A stretch of 63,096 bases of DNA from Patescibacteria group bacterium. Lineage in GTDB: Bacteria > Patescibacteriota > Minisyncoccia > Phycocordibacterales > Phycocordibacteraceae. The translations under genes were made by a program, and so were the position numbers. Positions 26,551 through 36,404 of the stretch are shown here, one piece after another. The DNA lies in contig JAHJYC010000001.1 in assembly GCA_018826905.1 (NCBI GenBank), positions 1 to 63,096 on the forward strand, written 5' to 3'. Numbering within the stretch: the stretch's first letter is position 1; each line of letters opens with the position of its first letter. The notes beneath the pieces were generated by a model. It worked only from the letters and a program-made list of their open reading frames with translations. It searched no databases and was not told the origin of the DNA.

Positions 26551-27384
26551 TTATACGGCCATCTCCGCTTTTATCGTAGGGTGTGACTCGTAGCCTACAA
26601 GTTTAATGTCTTTCATAGTGAATCCGGTTATATCTTTTACTTCTGGGTTAAGGGAAAGGGTAGGGAACGCGTAAGGAGTTCGTGTGAGCTGTTCTTGTAC
26701 TGCGTCAAAGTGGGTGTGGTAAATATGGGCGTCACCAAGAGAGTGGATGAATTCATGAGCCACAAGCCCCGTTGCCTGCGCCACCATATGAAGCAAGAGG
26801 GAATAGGAGGCGATATTGAAAGGAACTCCCAGGAACATGTCGCATGAACGCTGATGCATGAGGAGAGAAAGCTTTCCGTCTGCAACGAAGAATTGAGAGA
26901 ACATATGGCATGGCGGGAGCGCCATCTGTTCAAGCTCGCCAGGGTTCCACGCCGTAAGGATAAGACGGCGACTATACGGATCTTTTTTGATCTGTTCTAT
27001 AAGGTCTGCAATCTGGTCTACTTCGCTCCCGTCTGGACGCTTCCAGTGTCTCCACTGCACACCATACACACGGCCCAGGTCTCCAGGGAACTTAGCCTTC
27101 GGTGTCCAGTAGTCTGCTTGTGCGTTAGCGCTCCATATAGTGCGCTCAGAGCTGTTTAACTCCTTAAGACGATTCTCATCCCCAGATCCCTCCAAAAACC
27201 ACAGCAGCTCGCTTTTAACGGCCTTAAAAGCAAGTTTCTTTGTTGTTAACGCAGGAAAGCCATCCTGCATGTTGAATTTCATCTGAAGGCCAAAAAGCGC
27301 TCTGGTCCCTGTCCCTGTGCGATCGCTACGATCAACGCCGGTATCCATAATCTGCTTCAGGAGATCTAGATAGGCTTGTTCCAT
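26551..27384 (-). CDS. thyA: Thymidylate synthase (ThyA)
   Basis: DRTGTGT, LPPCH and HMFSQFFV motifs. Confidence 0.97.
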   Translation of the reverse strand: MEQAYLDLLKQIMDTGVDRSDRTGTGTRALFGLQMKFNMQDGFPALTTKKLAFKAVKSELLWFLEGSGDENRLKELNSSERTIWSANAQADYWTPKAKFPGDLGRVYGVQWRHWKRPDGSEVDQIADLIEQIKKDPYSRRLILTAWNPGELEQMALPPCHMFSQFFVADGKLSLLMHQRSCDMFLGVPFNIASYSLLLHMVAQATGLVAHEFIHSLGDAHIYHTHFDAVQEQLTRTPYAFPTLSLNPEVKDITGFTMKDIKLVGYESHPTIKAEMAV

Positions 27385-27405
27385 AAGCGCAGTATACTAG
27401 ACGGA

Positions 27406-28107
27406 ATGCAGCATGGAATGTTTATAGTCCTGGATGGAAACGATGGATCAGGAAAGGCTACCCAATCTAAGCTTTTACAGGACCGTTTTGAGAAAGAGGG
27501 CGTTAGCGTAGCCCATGTAGACTTCCCAGCCTACGATCGCAGCATCTTCGGTACTTTGATCGGAGAGTGCTTGCGTGGAGAACACGGAGATTTCCTCGCG
27601 CTTGATCCAAAGATTGCATCAACACTGTATGCGCTGGACAGATACGAGGCAGCTCCAAAGATACGAGAACTTCTTCAGAAGGGAACAGTAGTTGTTGCAG
27701 ATCGGTACGCAAGCGCAAATCAAATACACCAGGGAGGCAAAATAGAGGACGAGAAGGAGCGAGCAGAATTCCTTCGGTGGCTTGCTACTGTTGAATACGA
27801 AACGTTAAAGATTCCACACCCTGATCAGGTTATCTATCTAGATGTGCCTGTTGAGATAAGTATGGGACTTCTTTCAGAAAAGCGAGCGGTTAAAAATGGC
27901 GGGCTTGGAGAAGGAGAGAAGGATATGGTTGAGCAAGACAGAAACTATTTAGAAAGGAGTCGTGAGAGCGCACAATTTCTTGTGCGTACTGAGAAGTCCT
28001 GGTCTGCGATCTCCTGCATGTCTGCTGAGGGCACTCTTCGCTCTCGGCAAGAGATACACGAGGATATCTGGGAGCTCGCATGCAGGCTTCGAAAGGGTTT
28101 ATACTAG
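27406..28107 (+). CDS. tmk: Thymidylate kinase
   Basis: FIVLDGNDGSGKATQ P-loop and the DRY motif region ADRYASAN. ATG at 27406 (alternative 27418); the TTG at 27376 would overlap thyA. Confidence 0.9.
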   Translation: MQHGMFIVLDGNDGSGKATQSKLLQDRFEKEGVSVAHVDFPAYDRSIFGTLIGECLRGEHGDFLALDPKIASTLYALDRYEAAPKIRELLQKGTVVVADRYASANQIHQGGKIEDEKERAEFLRWLATVEYETLKIPHPDQVIYLDVPVEISMGLLSEKRAVKNGGLGEGEKDMVEQDRNYLERSRESAQFLVRTEKSWSAISCMSAEGTLRSRQEIHEDIWELACRLRKGLY

Positions 28108-28162
28108 AAGTCATGAGATAGGAATCCGCAGCCCGTTTATTCATCAATAATCAGTTTTACCT

Positions 28163-29464
28163 ATGGATTCCTACACACACCTAAAAGAAGAAGATCGCGC
28201 ACTCTACGACATGATAGAAGGAGAGGAGAAGCGCGAGAAGGAGGGTCTTGAGCTTATTCCTTCAGAAAACTATGTATCCCAGGCAGTGCGAGAAGCAATG
28301 GGAAGTGTGCTCACAAACAAATACTCAGAAGGGTACCCCGGCAAACGCTATTACGGAGGACAAGAGTATACCGATCAGGTAGAGACACTCGCTATTGAGC
28401 GCGCGAAGGCACTCTTTAATTGCGATCACGCAAACGTGCAACCGCTTGGGGGAGCTGCTGCGAATATTGCTGCGTACTTCTCATGGCTTGAACCAGGAGA
28501 TGCCATTCTTGGTATGGATCTTTCACACGGGGGACATCTCACGCACGGTTCTCCTGTTACCTACATGTCAAAGCTGTATCGCTTTGTGCGCTACGGCATG
28601 AAAGATATTGAAACAGGAGAGATTGATTACGACGAAATGCTTGAGGTGGCAAAACGTGAGCGTCCAAAGATTGTGCTTGCAGGATTTTCTGGATACCCGA
28701 GAGAACTTAACTGGGAACGTATAGCACAGATTGCTAGGGAAGTTGACGCCGTTGCAATGGCAGATGTTGCGCACATCGCAGGACTTATCGCTGGAGGAGC
28801 TGCAAAGAACCCGTTTGATTATGGATTCAACATTGTAACGACAACAACACATAAAACACTCCGTGGTCCACGCGGGGGAATGATTCTCTCAAAGGGAATG
28901 GTGTCCTCTCCACTTCGTGCGCCTGAGAAGACTATTGAAAACCTTCCTACACTCATAGACCGTAGTGTGTTCCCAGGATTTCAGGGAGGTCCTCATATGC
29001 ATCAGATTGCAGCGAAGGCCGCTTCGTTTAAAGAGGCAGGCACTCCCGCCTTTAAGGAGTACGCACAGCAAGTTGTTACAAATGCGCGCGTTATGGCAGA
29101 GGTGTTTCTTGAGGGTGGCGTACGGCTTATAACAGGAGGTACTGACAACCATCTTATTCTGGCAGATGTGTATGGTTCTTTAGGCATTTCAGGAGGAGAG
29201 GCTGAAACACTGCTTGATAGAGCAGGTATTACACTAAACAAGAACTCCATTGCTGACGATCCTAGAAAGCCATTTGATCCATCAGGAATTCGTTTTGGGA
29301 CTCCGGCCATAACAACAAGAGGCTTTAAGGAGGCAGAAGTGAAACGAGTTGCTGAACTTATGTTGTCCGTGCTTTCAAAGCGAGACGACACAACCGTTGC
29401 GAGCGCTAGAGAAGAGATACGCACGCTTTCACTCGCACATCCGGTGCCAACACGGTTCTCGTAA
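28163..29464 (+). CDS. glyA: Serine hydroxymethyltransferase
   Basis: LIPSENY, TTTTHKTLRGPRGG (PLP lysine). Confidence 0.97.
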   Translation: MDSYTHLKEEDRALYDMIEGEEKREKEGLELIPSENYVSQAVREAMGSVLTNKYSEGYPGKRYYGGQEYTDQVETLAIERAKALFNCDHANVQPLGGAAANIAAYFSWLEPGDAILGMDLSHGGHLTHGSPVTYMSKLYRFVRYGMKDIETGEIDYDEMLEVAKRERPKIVLAGFSGYPRELNWERIAQIAREVDAVAMADVAHIAGLIAGGAAKNPFDYGFNIVTTTTHKTLRGPRGGMILSKGMVSSPLRAPEKTIENLPTLIDRSVFPGFQGGPHMHQIAAKAASFKEAGTPAFKEYAQQVVTNARVMAEVFLEGGVRLITGGTDNHLILADVYGSLGISGGEAETLLDRAGITLNKNSIADDPRKPFDPSGIRFGTPAITTRGFKEAEVKRVAELMLSVLSKRDDTTVASAREEIRTLSLAHPVPTRFS

Positions 29465-29502
29465 AATCCTCATCCATACTTCAGGCAGGGAATGGTGTAC
29501 TA

Positions 29503-29531
29503 AGCAGGTATTACAAACCTAATACCTGCTT
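29503..29531 (+). terminator. Hairpin terminator after glyA
   Basis: AGCAGGTATTA-caaacc-TAATACCTGCT. Confidence 0.7.
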
Positions 29532-29535
29532 TGCT

Positions 29536-29658
29536 ATGAAGACTCTCCAAAAAACACTCACTGAATCAATCGCAGTTCTTTTAGTTGGCGTCGTTATTGT
29601 TGGATCTCTCATGTTTATCTTCTCGCAGAACGCGGGAACAAGCCTACTCGGTCTGTAA
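29536..29658 (+). CDS. 40-aa TM micro-ORF, paralogous to the N-terminus of the next gene (possible remnant)
   Basis: MKTLQKTLTESIAVLLVGVVIVGSLMFIFSQNAGTSLLGL aligns with MHRTLIESGAVLFAGLLVVGGLMFAFAHNAQA of 29715..30245 (about half identical). Confidence 0.3.
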   Translation: MKTLQKTLTESIAVLLVGVVIVGSLMFIFSQNAGTSLLGL

Positions 29659-29714
29659 GGGCACGCACTCTCCTACGTCTTATAGAGAGTTACTGGCCTA
29701 ACCGAACTTCATTC

Positions 29715-30245
29715 ATGATTAAGATGCACAGGACGCTTATTGAATCTGGCGCAGTACTCTTCGCGGGACTTCTCGTTGTTGGAGGGCTGATGTTTGCTTT
29801 TGCACATAATGCACAAGCGAAAGACTCCGAGAGGGTACGCGCGGGCTCGCCTCTAGAAGTTATTATCTCGGATAACGGACGAGTATTAGTGCGAGGTGCT
29901 GAAATAACCTCTGTTGGAGGCGCAGACATCATCGCGCGAAGCGAGTGGGGACAGAGTTCTCTCACGTGGACAGTACGCACTGACAGCGATACTTCTTTTG
30001 TTCAAAAGAAAGGTCCTTCATTGCAGATTGGGGACTTTGAGGATGGCGACTTCATTAGTTTCTCAGGTGTGCTTAACACAGAAACCTCAGCATTTACTGT
30101 TGATGCAGATTCTGTAAAGAACTGGTCACAAGAACTTGAGGCACAGGTGCACACCAAAGCAAAGGTGGAAGTAAATGAAAAGTGGAGTGGTTGGAAAGGA
30201 AAGCTCCCATTCCTTAACTGGTTCAAAGAGAGAAACGATAAATAG
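29715..30245 (+). CDS. Hypothetical secreted protein
   Basis: Signal/anchor helix with AQA cleavage-like site. No recognisable domain. Confidence 0.65.
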   Translation: MIKMHRTLIESGAVLFAGLLVVGGLMFAFAHNAQAKDSERVRAGSPLEVIISDNGRVLVRGAEITSVGGADIIARSEWGQSSLTWTVRTDSDTSFVQKKGPSLQIGDFEDGDFISFSGVLNTETSAFTVDADSVKNWSQELEAQVHTKAKVEVNEKWSGWKGKLPFLNWFKERNDK

Positions 30246-30251
30246 ATGATA

Positions 30252-30283
30252 ACGGCCCTCGCTCCCAGCGGGGGCCGTTTTCT
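30252..30283 (+). terminator. Intrinsic terminator
   Basis: ACGGCCC-loop-GGGCCGT followed by TTTTC. Confidence 0.7.
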
Positions 30284-30298
30284 GTTACTATCCGCAAC

Positions 30299-31978
30299 AT
30301 GGAGCAGACATTGCGAGACGCAGTACAGAACGCACTCAATGAACTCGGAGTACCTGAGACTGAGTTTGTTATTGAGTGGCCAGCAGATCTCGCACACGGC
30401 GATTTCGCCACAAACGCAGCACTTGCGTGCGCGAAGGTCCTTGGGCGTTCTCCGCGAGAGATTGCCGAGGAGCTTGTAGAGAAGCTGCAGACAACGCTTG
30501 GGGATTCTGTAAAACACATTGAAGCAGCGGGACCGGGATTCGTTAACATAACGCTTGCGCACAGAACCATTACAAAACAGGTGGAGGGTGCAACAGTAAA
30601 AGACTGGGGGACACACACATACAACACGGGGAAGAGTGTGATGATTGAGTATTCCAATCCGAATCCTTTTAAGGAGATTCACATTGGGCACCTTATGAGT
30701 AATGTCGTGGGGGAGGCACTTTCACGCGTGCTTGAGGCATCCGGTGCTCGCGTGGTGCGCGACACGTTTGGAGGAGATGTAGGGCCGCATGTTGCAAAAG
30801 CACTCTGGGCTCTAAAGAAGAATAACGTTACGGATATTGGAAACGCTGGCGAGATTGGCAAGGCGTATATTCAAGGATCAAATGCCTACGAGGCAAGCAA
30901 AGAAGCAAAGGAAGAGATAGATGCGCTCAATACCCGCATTTACGACATTGTCGCTACGCAACTAGCGCCTGAGACATTGAGCGAAGAAGACAGAGAGATT
31001 CTCAATCTGTGGAGGAAAGGGAGAGAAGTCTCTATGGAAGAGTTTGCACGTATCTTCAGTATCTTAGGAACGCGTTTTGATTACATTTTCTATGATAGCG
31101 ATACTACGGAGGGAGGAATCTCAGTAGTGCGAGACGGAGTGACAAGCGGAGTGTTTGAACAAAGTGAAGGTGCAATCATCTATCGTGGGGAAAAGAAGGG
31201 ATTGCATACGCTTGTCTTCATCACGTCTCGGGGCACTCCAACATACGAGACCAAAGACATTGGCCTCGCGTTCCTTAAAGAAGAGCGGTGCTCAACTGAT
31301 GAGGTAATTATTATTACTGCTATTGAGCAGGTGGGGCACTTTGAAGTAGTGCTCGCTGCCCTAGAAGAGATTGCTCCACAACTTGCGAAAAAGATGACGC
31401 ATGTGCCGCACGGACTTCTTCGCCTTACGACCGGGAAGATGTCTTCGCGCAAAGGGAATATCATCACTGCCTCGGAGTTACTTGCAGACATGGTTCGTTC
31501 TGCAACAGAAAAGAATGCAGACCCGCTTGTAGCTGAGCAGGTGGCAGTGGCTGCAGTGAAGTACATGATCCTACGCCAGGCACCAGGGGGCGACATTGTA
31601 TTTGATCCTGAGAAATCTCTTTCGCTTGAAGGAGATTCAGGTCCGTATCTCCAGTACGCACTCGTTCGTGCTAAGTCCGTCATTGCTCAGAGTTCTGTAT
31701 CAGCAGATACGAGCGATGCTCCGGAAGAGCCGTATACACTTGAGCGACTCATAATTAGATTCCCTGAAATAATACGTAAGGCAGAGCGCTTACGTGCTCC
31801 TCACCTCATAACACAGTACGTCACCCAGCTTGCGGGGGAGTGGAACTCATTTTATGCAAAAGAACGCATTAGAGACGGTGCGCATGAAGCCTATAAGATC
31901 GCTGTAGCAACAGCGTTTGTCCGCACCATGGAGCAAGGACTTCATTTCTTAGGCATTCCTGTTCCAGAGAAGATGTAG
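30299..31978 (+). CDS. argS: Arginine--tRNA ligase
   Basis: SNPNPFKEIHIGH (HIGH motif); C-terminal DALR anticodon-binding domain ending ...GIPVPEKM. Confidence 0.95.
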   Translation: MEQTLRDAVQNALNELGVPETEFVIEWPADLAHGDFATNAALACAKVLGRSPREIAEELVEKLQTTLGDSVKHIEAAGPGFVNITLAHRTITKQVEGATVKDWGTHTYNTGKSVMIEYSNPNPFKEIHIGHLMSNVVGEALSRVLEASGARVVRDTFGGDVGPHVAKALWALKKNNVTDIGNAGEIGKAYIQGSNAYEASKEAKEEIDALNTRIYDIVATQLAPETLSEEDREILNLWRKGREVSMEEFARIFSILGTRFDYIFYDSDTTEGGISVVRDGVTSGVFEQSEGAIIYRGEKKGLHTLVFITSRGTPTYETKDIGLAFLKEERCSTDEVIIITAIEQVGHFEVVLAALEEIAPQLAKKMTHVPHGLLRLTTGKMSSRKGNIITASELLADMVRSATEKNADPLVAEQVAVAAVKYMILRQAPGGDIVFDPEKSLSLEGDSGPYLQYALVRAKSVIAQSSVSADTSDAPEEPYTLERLIIRFPEIIRKAERLRAPHLITQYVTQLAGEWNSFYAKERIRDGAHEAYKIAVATAFVRTMEQGLHFLGIPVPEKM

Positions 31979-32062
31979 ATAACTACACTTGCACCGAGGC
32001 GTACTTGACGGTAGGGTAGCAAAGTGGCTCTATTTTGGAGTCACTGGATTGGAGGAAATATA

Positions 32063-32335
32063 GTGCGTAAGAACACTTCGCCGCGAGCCAATCGCGGACC
32101 CGACTACCGGAAGACCCGCAAGAAGACGGACATCGTCCAGCAGGTCTGCAACAAGCTCGGCCTGCGCGCCATCGCGCTGTTCCGCAAGGCGTTCCGCTGG
32201 AAGCACGGACACCTGGATCAGCATCAGGTCGGCGTTGACCTGAAGAAGTTTCAGCAGAGCAACGGCCGGCGCCTGGCTGGCTATGTTCTCCGCTTCATCA
32301 AGTCGCTGGAACAGTCCAAGGCCATTCCGGCCTGA
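32063..32335 (+). CDS. GC-rich foreign-looking ORF encoding a small, very basic protein
   Basis: GTG start 6 nt after GGAGGA. By my count, 75 of 90 codons end in G/C. Rich in Arg/Lys. No recognisable motif. Confidence 0.55.
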   Translation: MRKNTSPRANRGPDYRKTRKKTDIVQQVCNKLGLRAIALFRKAFRWKHGHLDQHQVGVDLKKFQQSNGRRLAGYVLRFIKSLEQSKAIPA

Positions 32336-32361
32336 CTACTAGACCACAAGACGATCTTTCC

Positions 32362-32391
32362 ACGGCCATGCTTTCCGCATTGGCCGTTTTC
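32362..32391 (+). terminator. Intrinsic terminator after the GC-rich ORF
   Basis: ACGGCCA-tgctttccgcat-TGGCCGT followed by TTTT. Confidence 0.75.
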
Positions 32392-32425
32392 ATTTTTATG
32401 CGCGAAACGCTAGGATACAGAGACT

Positions 32426-35400
32426 ATGGCCGATACCCAAAAAACAGAGGCAGTGAAGAGGGAAGAGGAGATACTCGCTTTTTGGGAGCGCGAGAAGATA
32501 TTTGAGAAGTCGCTCAAGAAGCCAAGTTCAAAGGGAACCTTCGTTTTTTATGAGGGACCACCAACAGCAAACGGACGCCCTGGCGTGCACCATATGGAGT
32601 CTCGCTCCTTTAAGGACGCAATTCCAAGATATAAAACAATGCGTGGATATTCAGTTCCGCGTCGCGCTGGATGGGACACACACGGACTGCCGGTTGAGCT
32701 TGAGGTTGAAAAGCAACTAGGGTTCTCCGGCAAGAAAGACATTGAGGGATATGGAATCGCGGCCTTTAACAAGAAGTGCCGTGAGAGTGTTCTTGCATAC
32801 ATAGAAGAGTGGGACCGCTTTACGAAACGTATAGGGTATTGGGTTGATCAGGAGAAGGCGTACTTTACCTTTAATGCCCCTTTCATGGAGTCCGTATGGC
32901 ACATCATGAAAAAAGTATCTGATGATGGGCGTCTATTTAAAGACTACAAAGTAGTGCCATGGTGTGCGCGCTGTGGGACGGCACTCTCTTCACATGAGCT
33001 TGCTCAGGGGTATGCAGATGTGAAAGATCTCTCTATAACAGCAAAGTTTGAGCTCGCTGATGAACCTGGAACGTATCTACTGGCGTGGACAACCACACCA
33101 TGGACCCTCCCTGGAAACGTTGGACTTGCAGTTGGAGAGAAAATCTCCTATGGACAGTACGAGAAGGAAGGGGAGAGAGTCATTGTCGCTACAGAACTTG
33201 CAGGCAAGCTCGGGGAAGGATGGACTCTCTCAAAGGAATTCTCTGGAGCTGAACTGATTGGGAAAGAATACAAACCGCTCTATCCGTACGCGAAAGCACT
33301 TGCTCCTGAAAGTGAAGAGGAGAAGTTTACAAAAGCATTTCATGTATATCCTGCTGATTTTGTAACAACAGAAGACGGAACTGGAATCGTGCATACGGCT
33401 GTTATGTATGGACAGGAGGACTTTGAACTTGGGCAGACAGTAGGACTGCCGAAGGTGCACCTCGTTGCGCCAGACGGGAAGTTCATAGGTGGCACTGGAT
33501 TCCTAGAAGGGCGATTCGTGAAAGACCAAGAAGTTGCCATTGATATTCTTAAAGATCTTCAGGAGAGAGGACTCTTTTTCTCAAAAGAAAACTACACTCA
33601 CAGCTATCCATTCTGCTGGCGCTGTAAGACTCCTCTTATCTATTACGCACGAGACTCGTGGTATATCCGCATGCAAGACTTGCGAGATTCGTTGCTTGCT
33701 GCAAATAACACAGTGCACTGGGAGCCGAATCATATACAGCAAGGAAGAATGGGGGAGTGGCTCAAGAACGTAAAGGATTGGGCAATTTCTCGTGAGAGAT
33801 ACTGGGGCACTCCTCTTCCTGTGTGGGTGAGCGAAGACAAGACTGAACAGCTAGTTATTGGTTCTGTGGAGGAACTCCGCAAACACATACTGACAAACAA
33901 GAACCAATACTTCGTCATGCGGCACGGAGAAGCCGAGAACAATGCGAAAGATATTCTGGACTCAACAAATGAGAAGCGGTGGCCGCTCCTTGAAGAAGGA
34001 AAGAGACAAGTACACGAAGGGGTAAACGCACTTCGTGCGGAAGGAATAACACATATATACGCATCTCCTTTTGAACGGACAAAGCAGACAGCGGAAATTG
34101 CCGCAGAAGAACTTGGAATACCGAAGGACCAAATTGTGTACGACGAAAGACTTGGCGAGTTTGAGTTCGGCAAGTTCCATAGCGGAAGCCATCAAGCGTT
34201 TATGGAGTGGCGAGAGGATAAGCAGTACACCGATGCAGTTCCCGGCGGTGCTTCATATCAGGATGCGAAGAATAGATTCGGTGCATTCTTGTATGACATA
34301 GACACAAAGCATAGAGACGCCTCCGTACTTTTGGTAACTCATGGCATTGGTGTTGAAACTCTGCGTTCAATCGCAACAGGGTCTGGACCTGAAGAATCTA
34401 GAGAACTTGCGTACGAAAAGGTTCCGGAAAAGGGAGTTGCCGAGAAGCTGGATTTCGTTCCGCTCCCACACAACGACCAGTATGAGTTAGATCTGCATCG
34501 CCCGTACATTGATTCAGTGGTGCTGGTAAACGAAAAAGGAACTGAACTGCGTCGTGTGCCTGAAGTTATGGATGTGTGGTTTGACTCTGGGTCTGTACCG
34601 TTTGCGCAAGATCACTATCCTTTTGAAAACAAAGAGCACATTGATAGATCGGGATACCCAGCTGATTACATCTCAGAGGCAATTGATCAAACACGTGGAT
34701 GGTTCTACACGTTACTTGCAGTTGGTGCGCTTATGGAGCGGGGCGCTCCGTATAAGAATGTTATCTGCCTTGGGCACTTGCTAGACGAGAAGGGCCAGAA
34801 GATGTCTAAGTCTAAAGGGAATGTTGTTAATCCGTGGGAGGCTATAGAGCAGTACGGAGTAGATACGCTTCGCTTCTGGATGTATAGCGTGAATCAGCCT
34901 GGAGACTCAAAGAACTTTGACGATAAAACCGTGAAGGAAGCAGCGCGTGTTATTTCTTGGCTTGATAACAGTGCAAAGTTTTATGCACTCTTTAAGGATG
35001 GAGCAAGGAAAGGGGAGAAGACAGCAATTGATGTGTGGATGGACGCACGAGTGAATACTGCAGTGCAGGAAGTAACTGAAGCGATGGATGAGTACCGTCT
35101 CTATGAGGCCTCTAGAGCCGTAGCGCACTTGGTTGAAGATCTTTCACAATGGTATGTGCGCCGCATTAGAGATCGTGCTCGTGAAGGAGATACCGCAGCA
35201 CTCGTAACTCTTAAGAGTGCACTTAGGAACGTGGCACTTCTTATGGCACCTCTTTCTCCCTTTATTGCAGAAGAAGTATTCCAGTTAGTGCGCGAGGATA
35301 CGGATGCAGAAAGCGTACATCTTAGTGAATGGCCACGAGCTGAGAGAGGGCTTCTTTGGAAACTTGGAGGAGGAGAAAAAAAAGAAGAAGCATGCATTGC

Positions 35401-35845
35401 TGACATGAAGCGAGTGCGTACACTTGCGTCTGAGGCGCTGATGCTTCGCCAGAAGACAAACAGTAAGGTGCGCCAGCCACTCGCAAAGCTCTCAATCCCG
35501 GGAACTCTTTCTGAAGGACTCGCTCAGATCCTCAAAGACGAAGTGAACGTGAAAGAAATAGAGATGAATGCTGAAGAGCTTTCTCTAGACACAGTTCTTA
35601 CACCTGAGCTTGTGCGAGAAGGGGACGTGCGCGCTTTTATGCGTGCCGTTGCAGAAGCTCGCAAAGAAGCGGGCTACGAGCCAAAGGATATTGTAAATAT
35701 CACAGTAGGGAGTGAAGCAAAAGACATTCTTAGTGGAGAGACCTTTGTGGGCGTAGGCACTCTTACATATGGGGAAGGAGGTACGCTCAGTGCGGAGCTT
35801 TCTACTGGAAAGGTGCTGTTCTCTATTTCTTCTAATGCGTCATAA
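32426..35845 (+). CDS. ileS: Isoleucine--tRNA ligase with an inserted histidine-phosphatase (PGAM-like) domain
   Basis: HIGH-type PGVHH, KMSKS present, editing domain [11 protein letters not shown]. An insert at aa ~488-687 carries RHGE...LLVTHG. Confidence 0.95.
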   Translation: MADTQKTEAVKREEEILAFWEREKIFEKSLKKPSSKGTFVFYEGPPTANGRPGVHHMESRSFKDAIPRYKTMRGYSVPRRAGWDTHGLPVELEVEKQLGFSGKKDIEGYGIAAFNKKCRESVLAYIEEWDRFTKRIGYWVDQEKAYFTFNAPFMESVWHIMKKVSDDGRLFKDYKVVPWCARCGTALSSHELAQGYADVKDLSITAKFELADEPGTYLLAWTTTPWTLPGNVGLAVGEKISYGQYEKEGERVIVATELAGKLGEGWTLSKEFSGAELIGKEYKPLYPYAKALAPESEEEKFTKAFHVYPADFVTTEDGTGIVHTAVMYGQEDFELGQTVGLPKVHLVAPDGKFIGGTGFLEGRFVKDQEVAIDILKDLQERGLFFSKENYTHSYPFCWRCKTPLIYYARDSWYIRMQDLRDSLLAANNTVHWEPNHIQQGRMGEWLKNVKDWAISRERYWGTPLPVWVSEDKTEQLVIGSVEELRKHILTNKNQYFVMRHGEAENNAKDILDSTNEKRWPLLEEGKRQVHEGVNALRAEGITHIYASPFERTKQTAEIAAEELGIPKDQIVYDERLGEFEFGKFHSGSHQAFMEWREDKQYTDAVPGGASYQDAKNRFGAFLYDIDTKHRDASVLLVTHGIGVETLRSIATGSGPEESRELAYEKVPEKGVAEKLDFVPLPHNDQYELDLHRPYIDSVVLVNEKGTELRRVPEVMDVWFDSGSVPFAQDHYPFENKEHIDRSGYPADYISEAIDQTRGWFYTLLAVGALMERGAPYKNVICLGHLLDEKGQKMSKSKGNVVNPWEAIEQYGVDTLRFWMYSVNQPGDSKNFDDKTVKEAARVISWLDNSAKFYALFKDGARKGEKTAIDVWMDARVNTAVQEVTEAMDEYRLYEASRAVAHLVEDLSQWYVRRIRDRAREGDTAALVTLKSALRNVALLMAPLSPFIAEEVFQLVREDTDAESVHLSEWPRAERGLLWKLGGGEKKEEACIADMKRVRTLASEALMLRQKTNSKVRQPLAKLSIPGTLSEGLAQILKDEVNVKEIEMNAEELSLDTVLTPELVREGDVRAFMRAVAEARKEAGYEPKDIVNITVGSEAKDILSGETFVGVGTLTYGEGGTLSAELSTGKVLFSISSNAS

Positions 35846-36380
35846 GTACGTTACAGAGGCGATTGTGCTCCAAAGAACACCGCTCGCAGAAGCAGCGACA
35901 CTAGTAACGCTACTCACAGAGGAGTTTGGGCTCGTGCGTGCACGGGCTGAGGGGTTGCGGAAACCCGGAGCAAAACTGTCTAGTGCACTACAAACACTTT
36001 CTCACTCAGAAGTAACCCTCATGCGGGGCAAGCATGGGTGGCGTCTTTCAGGAGCACTCCTCACAAAGAACTGGTTTCAGACTCTTTCTCCGGAGTCTCG
36101 TGAGCGAGCAGGGCGAGTAGGAACACTTATACTCCGCTTAGTGCAAGGGGAGGGACAAGGATCTCTGTATGACTTGTATGATGAATTTTTGGGAAAGCTT
36201 CAGGACTCAACTGAAGAAGAAGGAGACACTGCAGAATGTATTTATGCACTCCGTATCTTGTCTGAACTTGGACTGGACACTGGCGACATACCCGAAACGG
36301 ATCAAAAGGCATTGTCTGCTCAAGCAAGGAGAGATGTGGTGATGCGTATCAATCGCGGTATTACTGCCTCAGGTCTTTAG
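35835..36380 (+). CDS. recO: DNA repair protein RecO (short form)
   Basis: [20 protein letters not shown]...[18 protein letters not shown]-fold N-terminus. Overlaps the ileS end by 11 nt. Confidence 0.75.
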   Translation: MRHKYVTEAIVLQRTPLAEAATLVTLLTEEFGLVRARAEGLRKPGAKLSSALQTLSHSEVTLMRGKHGWRLSGALLTKNWFQTLSPESRERAGRVGTLILRLVQGEGQGSLYDLYDEFLGKLQDSTEEEGDTAECIYALRILSELGLDTGDIPETDQKALSAQARRDVVMRINRGITASGL

Positions 36381-36404
36381 AGAGGTACGGTATACTGATG
36401 CGTA

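Noticed and set aside
33887-34486. Intein as the explanation for the IleRS insertion
   Set aside because: There is no Cys/Ser/Ala at the N-terminal junction and no HN-Cys/Ser/Thr at the C-terminal junction (PHND is followed by Q). There are no Hint or homing-endonuclease blocks. The segment has RHGE...THG phosphatase motifs instead.
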